Origin: a bacterium
GTDB taxonomy: Bacteria; Calditrichota; Calditrichia; RBG-13-44-9; J042
Direction of reading: 5' to 3'
Length of the DNA: 64,000 bases
Assembly: GCA_015485355.1 (NCBI GenBank)
Contig: WFTQ01000109.1
Location: 1,088-65,087 of the forward strand
The notes below the pieces were generated by a model that saw nothing but the letters and a program-made list of their open reading frames with translations, ran no database searches and was not told where the DNA came from. Shown one piece after another: positions 59,072 to 64,000 of the stretch; positions within the stretch are counted from its first letter, which is position 1; every line of letters starts with the position of its first letter. The translations under genes were made by a program, and so were the position numbers.

Positions 59072-60367
59072 TTATATCTCCTTTAAGCGCCGCCAGTCTC
59101 CCGGTTTGAGGAAAATGAATTCCCGGAAGGGAATTCCGGTTATTCGCCGGTAATACAAGGCCATCAGGAGGGCGGCAACCAGATAACCGATGGTCGAACT
59201 GATAGCCGCTCCGGTAATCCCCCATCGAGGAATCAGCAACAGGTTCAATATAACATTCAGAATGAAATTTACCAATCCGGTGTATAAACTCAGCTCGGGT
59301 CTTCCCCGGGCGTAAAAGTCGGCCGATAACACCTTGGGCACGGTCAGTGCCACCACACCAGGCAACAACCAGAGCAGAGGGGACACGGAGTTCAGATATT
59401 GATCGGAAAAAACCAGGGGTAATCCCCAGGGGGCCAGCAAGGCCACGATCAACGATCCCAGACCCACAAAAAATAGATTGGTTCGAGAAATAATCGGCGT
59501 TTTGCTTTGTTGTTGGATCGATTGTGAAGCCGCGGGAAAGAATATGGTACTGGTGGACTGAGTGAGGTAAAGTAGTTTTTCGGAAACGATCAGGGCGACA
59601 TAATACCAACCAACCATCTCTTTGGAGAGAAAATACCCGACCAGGAAAATATCGACCCGGTAATTAAGAAAAGTGAGTAGGTTGGATAACATGATTTTTG
59701 CGCCGTATCGGATGGAGGCGCCGGTAATCGTCCAATCCCAGGTGAGGGGAAAGGGAATTTGCTGCCACCACATGTAAATACCGGGTAATAACCAGGATAG
59801 ACTGTAAATGGCCAATACATGGTCAACATCCAAGCGGTTTTGAAGGTAGGCCACCAACAGCAGGACAAAAAACAGCACGGGACGAATGAACATGATTTTA
59901 TTATACCGGTAAAATTGCTGATGACCCAACAGCATTTTGGTGCCGTAATCGAATGTCATATAGGCAAACAGCAACAAGATGCTCCAGTATGCCCCCTGGG
60001 TTAATAAGGCGGCTTCCTGGGGTTCAAAAAATAACTTCAGTCCTTCCGTTCGGATAAAAAGTATGATGAGACCGGTTCCCAGCAATAGTGTCAGCAGACC
60101 GTTGATGAAGTTGGTTCCGATCAATTTTTTTTGAGCGAATTTTCGGTTACTGATATAATACAGGTTGGCCGTTTCAATCCCCAGGTTCGTTATTTTATGG
60201 ACGGCTTCGGTGAACAGAAAAAACAGGGCAATGATCCCCAGATTTGCCGGACCTAACCACCGGGAAAGAAGCACATTGTTTAACAAACCCAGCCCGAATA
60301 CCCCTATCTGGACCAGGAAGGTGATCCCAATGATTTTGGTTAATTTTTGCGCCATTATTTCGGGCAA
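59072..60367 (-). CDS. Wzx-like oligosaccharide flippase
   Basis: About 12 TM segments, LSRWLGPANLG, YRVDIFLVG...VGWYYVA and LLLIPRWGITGAAIS. Confidence 0.87.
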   Translation of the reverse strand: MPEIMAQKLTKIIGITFLVQIGVFGLGLLNNVLLSRWLGPANLGIIALFFLFTEAVHKITNLGIETANLYYISNRKFAQKKLIGTNFINGLLTLLLGTGLIILFIRTEGLKLFFEPQEAALLTQGAYWSILLLFAYMTFDYGTKMLLGHQQFYRYNKIMFIRPVLFFVLLLVAYLQNRLDVDHVLAIYSLSWLLPGIYMWWQQIPFPLTWDWTITGASIRYGAKIMLSNLLTFLNYRVDIFLVGYFLSKEMVGWYYVALIVSEKLLYLTQSTSTIFFPAASQSIQQQSKTPIISRTNLFFVGLGSLIVALLAPWGLPLVFSDQYLNSVSPLLWLLPGVVALTVPKVLSADFYARGRPELSLYTGLVNFILNVILNLLLIPRWGITGAAISSTIGYLVAALLMALYYRRITGIPFREFIFLKPGDWRRLKEI

Positions 60368-60738
60368 ACCCTGAAACCGTTTTTATCTGCACGGGTGTTT
60401 TCCGGGTGAAGCCACTGTCCCGTTATCCTGGATTCGCAAACGGGTCGGTCTTCACATACAATCGCTTTCGTTTCCCCCCGGGGCTCAATTCAAACGCCGT
60501 AAGATATTGGATGTCCCTTCTTTTTACAAGATTTTAAATCGATTTGCACCGTCCACCGGGGTTACGGCAATCCCACCGTGACCCTCCGATCCGCTTCCAC
60601 CCGGGAAATCGAGGCCTCCTATTGGGACGGAAAACAGGCATCATTCTGCCGAACGGGACCGAAAAGTATCGGTTTCCGCTCTTGTGCATGAGGAAGTGCA
60701 GGAATCTCCCCTCCAATTTTGCCCCTGGTGCTTATTGT

Positions 60739-61512
60739 CTATTCCATGGGGTACCGGTTTCCCTTGTCCGAGATCGGAGCAAATCGTTTCCCCGCCCGGG
60801 GTTGTTCCCGATTCCAATGGACCGTCATCACCACAAAGGTACCAAAAGGAAAGCGAGACCGGCACAACAATTGGTCGATTTTATAAAGCAGAGGTTCAAT
60901 GTGAGGAAGAAACAGCGGAAAAAACGCCAGTGTGGTCCGCCACTGTATGCGGGCCCGGGGGATCATACGGCGAACCATTCGTTTAAGGGTAAAGGGGCTG
61001 ATGAATCGGGCGTCCCGGAAGAGGGAAGGTTTCAACCGGCTTTCCAGTTTGCGTAACAGGGAAGAGAATGCCAGGCGATTCAACGTGGCTAACACGATTT
61101 TTCCTCCACTGACCCGCTGCATCTCGGCAATGGCTTGTGCAGGAGAGGGTAAAAATTCTAACACCGTTACGCATAAACTGATGTGGAATGCCTTATCCCG
61201 AAATGGCAGGTGACCCGCGTCCGCCCGCACCAGTGTGATGGAGCGTGTACGGATTTTTGAACGGCAAACCCGTAACATGTCTTTTGAGCTGTCGATCCCG
61301 ACACAAAATCGAGCGCCTTTCTGATGCAGGGCTATTAAATGATTGCCCGTTCCGCAACCCACATCCAGAATGGTTTGCCGGGTTACATTTCCGATCATGG
61401 AAAAAAGTTGTTGATTTTCCACGGCTTCCACGTATTTACCGGAAGGAGCGGAAAACCAGGCGTCGTAAAGGGTCGCTGCCGGTCCAACGAAAGGGTTGCG
61501 ATCTTTTTTCAT
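60739..61512 (-). CDS. Class I SAM-dependent methyltransferase
   Basis: YDAWF, ILDVGCGTG, GIDSS, DAGHLPF and VLEFL. Confidence 0.88.
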   Translation of the reverse strand: MKKDRNPFVGPAATLYDAWFSAPSGKYVEAVENQQLFSMIGNVTRQTILDVGCGTGNHLIALHQKGARFCVGIDSSKDMLRVCRSKIRTRSITLVRADAGHLPFRDKAFHISLCVTVLEFLPSPAQAIAEMQRVSGGKIVLATLNRLAFSSLLRKLESRLKPSLFRDARFISPFTLKRMVRRMIPRARIQWRTTLAFFPLFLPHIEPLLYKIDQLLCRSRFPFGTFVVMTVHWNREQPRAGKRFAPISDKGNRYPME

Positions 61513-61689
61513 GTATGCGCTCCCTTTTTTCATCGTGTGGGCCATTACCTTTTAAAGAAAAGGTTGCGCAAGGGAACCCACGTGCGCGTACGGTCCGCCG
61601 CACCAATAGGCCTTGATCTCCTAAAGGTCCGGGATGACACCCCGATCCCGCCCGGTCCGGACCCATGTTTCTGAAGCGTTTTCAGCGGG

Positions 61690-61947
61690 TTAACGATCTT
61701 TAATGTCTACCGGGCAGGCGTTGGAAAAGGTGACCACCATGACCACCTGACCTTCTGCGGCAACCCTGTCAAAAGCTTCCTGTAGGGCATGAAATACCTG
61801 TTCCAGCGGTCCACTGATCAGGGTGCTCATGGGTCCCGGCTCCGTATGTAAACCCTGTTGCTGGAAGAATCGAATGGTGCGGTCGATGGCCGGAGTCAAA
61901 TCGGGTTGACGGAGCGGATACAGACTCACCTGAGCCGTTACCATCAT
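61690..61947 (-). CDS. YkoF/thiamine-binding (DUF77-like) family protein
   Basis: AQVSLYPL, GPMSTLISG and C-terminal SNACP. Confidence 0.8.
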   Translation of the reverse strand: MMVTAQVSLYPLRQPDLTPAIDRTIRFFQQQGLHTEPGPMSTLISGPLEQVFHALQEAFDRVAAEGQVVMVVTFSNACPVDIKDR

Positions 61948-62198
61948 ATTGGCCTCCCGAGCTATGCCGCTTATTTAACCCTAATGGATGCCGATAGAAT
62001 TTAAGCGGTAGAAAAATGATTTGAAATGATTAGAATAATCTTACCCACGGGTGGGGCATCAATGCTGAAAATTCGAACAGTGGTAGATGAAAAACCCGAC
62101 ATTTCACTCCTGTGCCCCTTCCTCCAAAAAGAGGCGGAAAATCTCTATATGCTTAAAAACCAAAGATTAACCTCGGAGGGATAGGGGGGCGGAATTCC

Positions 62199-62214
62199 TG
62201 GCACATCCATTGCA
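62199..62214 (+). promoter_or_regulatory. sigma54 promoter of the flagellar basal-body operon
   Basis: Perfect consensus TGGCAC-ATCCA-TTGCA upstream of flgB. Confidence 0.85.
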
Positions 62215-62248
62215 TAAGACCAGGTGCAACAAAATGGTGGTGGCTCGA

Positions 62249-62668
62249 ATGATCAAGAATTTTATTTTCAAGCAAACCAAGATTCCTCTGCTCAGCAAAG
62301 GCCTCGATGTTTATGCCCTTCGTCAGAAGGTCATTGCCGGCAATATTGCTAACGTCAGCACCCCCGGTTATCGGGGACGGAAAATCGTTTTCGAGGAAAA
62401 GTTGCAGTCGGCCATGCGACGCACCCTGTCGGGTCGTATCACCCATGAACGCCATCTTGCCTTGGGACGATTACGTTTTCGGGAAGTGGAGCCGCAAATT
62501 CAGGAGGATCCGTCGGAAGAGTTGCGGAGCGGGGTCAATAATGTGGATATTGATCGGGAAATTGTAGAGCAGGTCAAAAATGAAATTCGCTTTCTTTATG
62601 GAGTGCGGTTGTTGCAGGGCAATTTTCGGGCGCTGCGAGCCAGTATCAAGGGACGTTTTGATCAATAG
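62249..62668 (+). CDS. flgB: Flagellar basal-body rod protein FlgB
   Basis: LRQKVIAGNIANVSTPGY and NNVDID. Alternative ATG at 62234. Confidence 0.95.
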   Translation: MIKNFIFKQTKIPLLSKGLDVYALRQKVIAGNIANVSTPGYRGRKIVFEEKLQSAMRRTLSGRITHERHLALGRLRFREVEPQIQEDPSEELRSGVNNVDIDREIVEQVKNEIRFLYGVRLLQGNFRALRASIKGRFDQ

Positions 62669-62688
62669 CCATCAAGGATGGGGGAGTT

Positions 62689-63186
62689 ATGAGCAAGATA
62701 GAAACTTTTTTTACCGCGCTGAATATCAGCGCCAGCGGCCTGTCGGCACAGCGTCGCCGTTTGGAGGCCATTTCCAGTAATATCGCCAATGCCGGCACCA
62801 CACCAGACGAAGACGGAAAACTTTATCGGCGTCGAATAGCCGTTATGGAAAGCGAGAATATCCCCGCTTTTGAACGGGTGTTACGCAAAAGCAAACTGAA
62901 ACTGGAAATGACCGACCGCAAACACTTCCCGTTTAAAAAAACGGTGCGGGTGTTTTCTACGGAATGGAAAGGGGTGCGGGCCGAAATTCGGGAGGATCCC
63001 ACGGCCTTCATGCGGATCTATGATCCTTCTCATCCCAACGCCGATGAGGAGGGATACGTCTATTACCCCGATATCAATGTGGTTTCCGAAATGGTGGAGA
63101 TGATCAGTGCCACGCGTTCTTACGAGGCTAATCTCAGTAGCCTGGAAGCGGCAAAGAAAATGGCCACGGAAGCTTTACGCATTTAA
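62689..63186 (+). CDS. flgC: Flagellar basal-body rod protein FlgC
   Basis: ISASGLSAQRRRLEAISSNIANA, YDPSHPNAD and RSYEANL. Confidence 0.96.
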   Translation: MSKIETFFTALNISASGLSAQRRRLEAISSNIANAGTTPDEDGKLYRRRIAVMESENIPAFERVLRKSKLKLEMTDRKHFPFKKTVRVFSTEWKGVRAEIREDPTAFMRIYDPSHPNADEEGYVYYPDINVVSEMVEMISATRSYEANLSSLEAAKKMATEALRI

Positions 63187-63203
63187 CCCGGGAGAAGCAG
63201 GCG

Positions 63204-63491
63204 ATGAAAATTCAGGACTCTTTGAATCGTGTATATCAGCAGCCGGGCGGGCGCGTGCCCGAAGCTGCTCGGCCGCAGGCACCTAAGGCCTCGGATCCCC
63301 GCGGGGCGCCCGGGGCGTCCCGGAAAGTGCATGTTCCCGAAAACTTTCAACCTCGGGTGGGGCTGTCCCGCAAAGAACAAGCCTTTTTTGAACAGATCTT
63401 TCCCCAACATCGCAAACAAATCCAGGCCTATTTAAACCAGCAGAATAAAGCGTCGGTAGAAAAAGGACAATTGATTGATATGAAGGGGTAA
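63204..63491 (+). CDS. Small hypothetical protein between flgC and fliE
   Basis: 95 aa, tightly packed (17 and 3 bp gaps), ends KGQLIDMKG. Confidence 0.72.
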   Translation: MKIQDSLNRVYQQPGGRVPEAARPQAPKASDPRGAPGASRKVHVPENFQPRVGLSRKEQAFFEQIFPQHRKQIQAYLNQQNKASVEKGQLIDMKG

Positions 63492-63494
63492 ACC

Positions 63495-63794
63495 ATGGTG
63501 GATAAAATCAAGGGAATGCCGTTTCAATCCCTGTTGCAGGAACGGATGCACCCCAATCGTTCGTCTCCAGAAGATGTATCGTTTAAAGACACCTTGAAGG
63601 AGGCTATACAGGAAATCAACGAATTGCAACAGAATGCCGGGGAAACCGCCGAACGATTTTTACGGGGGGAAATCACCGATCTGCATCAGGTGATGGTCGC
63701 CGTCCAGAAGGCCCGCGTGGGGCTGGAGCTAATGTTAGAAATTCGAAATAAAGTGGTAGAGGCCTACCGCGAAATCCTGCGCATGCAAATGTAA
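63495..63794 (+). CDS. fliE: Flagellar hook-basal body protein FliE
   Basis: SFKDTLKEAI, DLHQVMVAVQKA and RNKVVEAYREILRMQM. Confidence 0.95.
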   Translation: MVDKIKGMPFQSLLQERMHPNRSSPEDVSFKDTLKEAIQEINELQQNAGETAERFLRGEITDLHQVMVAVQKARVGLELMLEIRNKVVEAYREILRMQM

Positions 63795-63839
63795 TGGGAT
63801 GGGTTCTGAAAGGGAAATCGATAACAAGGATGTCGCTTT

Positions 63840-64000
63840 ATGGGAGACATATTTAGTCAATTCCGCCAGCCAATACAAGCCTTTCTTGCTCAACTGACCA
63901 CCCAACAAAAAGTGATCCTGTTCGCCGGTGTGGCCGTTCTGCTCACCATCTTACTGTTGGTACTGGTTTGGACGGGAGGAGCCCAGTACGAGGTCCTGTA
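63840..64000 (+). CDS. fliF: Flagellar M-ring protein FliF (3' end outside window)
   Basis: MGDIFSQF...LTTQQKVILF, a TM segment, then YEVL. Position after fliE. Confidence 0.8.
   Translation, partial: MGDIFSQFRQPIQAFLAQLTTQQKVILFAGVAVLLTILLLVLVWTGGAQYEVL

Noticed and set aside
61948-62198. TPP riboswitch upstream of the YkoF-like gene
   Set aside because: No CTGAGA / ACCTG / GCGTAGG core motifs found.
1-64000. CRISPR arrays, tRNA/rRNA, tmRNA, RNase P, SRP RNA, intact transposases or integrases, selenocysteine read-through
   Set aside because: No regularly spaced repeats or diagnostic motifs seen by eye. A tRNAscan/Infernal run would be needed to exclude them formally.

Overview
Bacterial chromosomal window with no rRNA, tRNA, CRISPR array or intact transposase detected. 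A T9SS-type C-terminal domain, Gln directly after several signal peptides and sigma54-type flagellar promoters suggest an FCB-related lineage such as Calditrichota/KSB1 (inference). Left to right: two hybrid histidine kinases; a collapsed AlaX-DHHA1 pseudogene; a stand-alone V4R/H-NOX-fold protein; SatD; a minus-strand run of PTS EIIA, two PII-fold proteins, ClC-CBS, TrmH and a CPBP protease; a beta-barrel protein; ComF; mfd, three PPIases, an orphan PqqD/RRE protein and an ABC exporter half. Next is a complete his operon (hisGDCBHAF-IE) with a His-rich leader peptide and four-segment attenuator. A decayed class C-like group II intron sits directly behind the attenuator terminator. An ACE-like M2 peptidase follows. 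A ~16 kb heavy-metal island (33.7-49.9 kb) carries a TAT-exported type C two-domain multicopper oxidase with a putative porin, a P1B-4 ATPase with HMA domains, a TPR protein, a PII protein, CzcCBA-like RND efflux, an ArsR/SmtB repressor with its operator, and merT-merP/merA with a MerR-type box but no merR. The right end holds a T9SS-CTD remnant with a sigma54-like enhancer array, an FG-GAP-propeller sensor kinase with a sigma54 response regulator, glnA, a flippase and O-antigen ligase pair, a methyltransferase, a YkoF-like protein and the start of a sigma54-driven flagellar operon (flgB, flgC, small ORF, fliE, fliF). The strongest candidates for undescribed biology are the intron inside the his attenuator, the two-domain MCO/porin module, the EIIA/PII/PII-like/ClC cluster and the propeller sensor kinase. 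All assignments come from motif reading by eye; no database searches were run.
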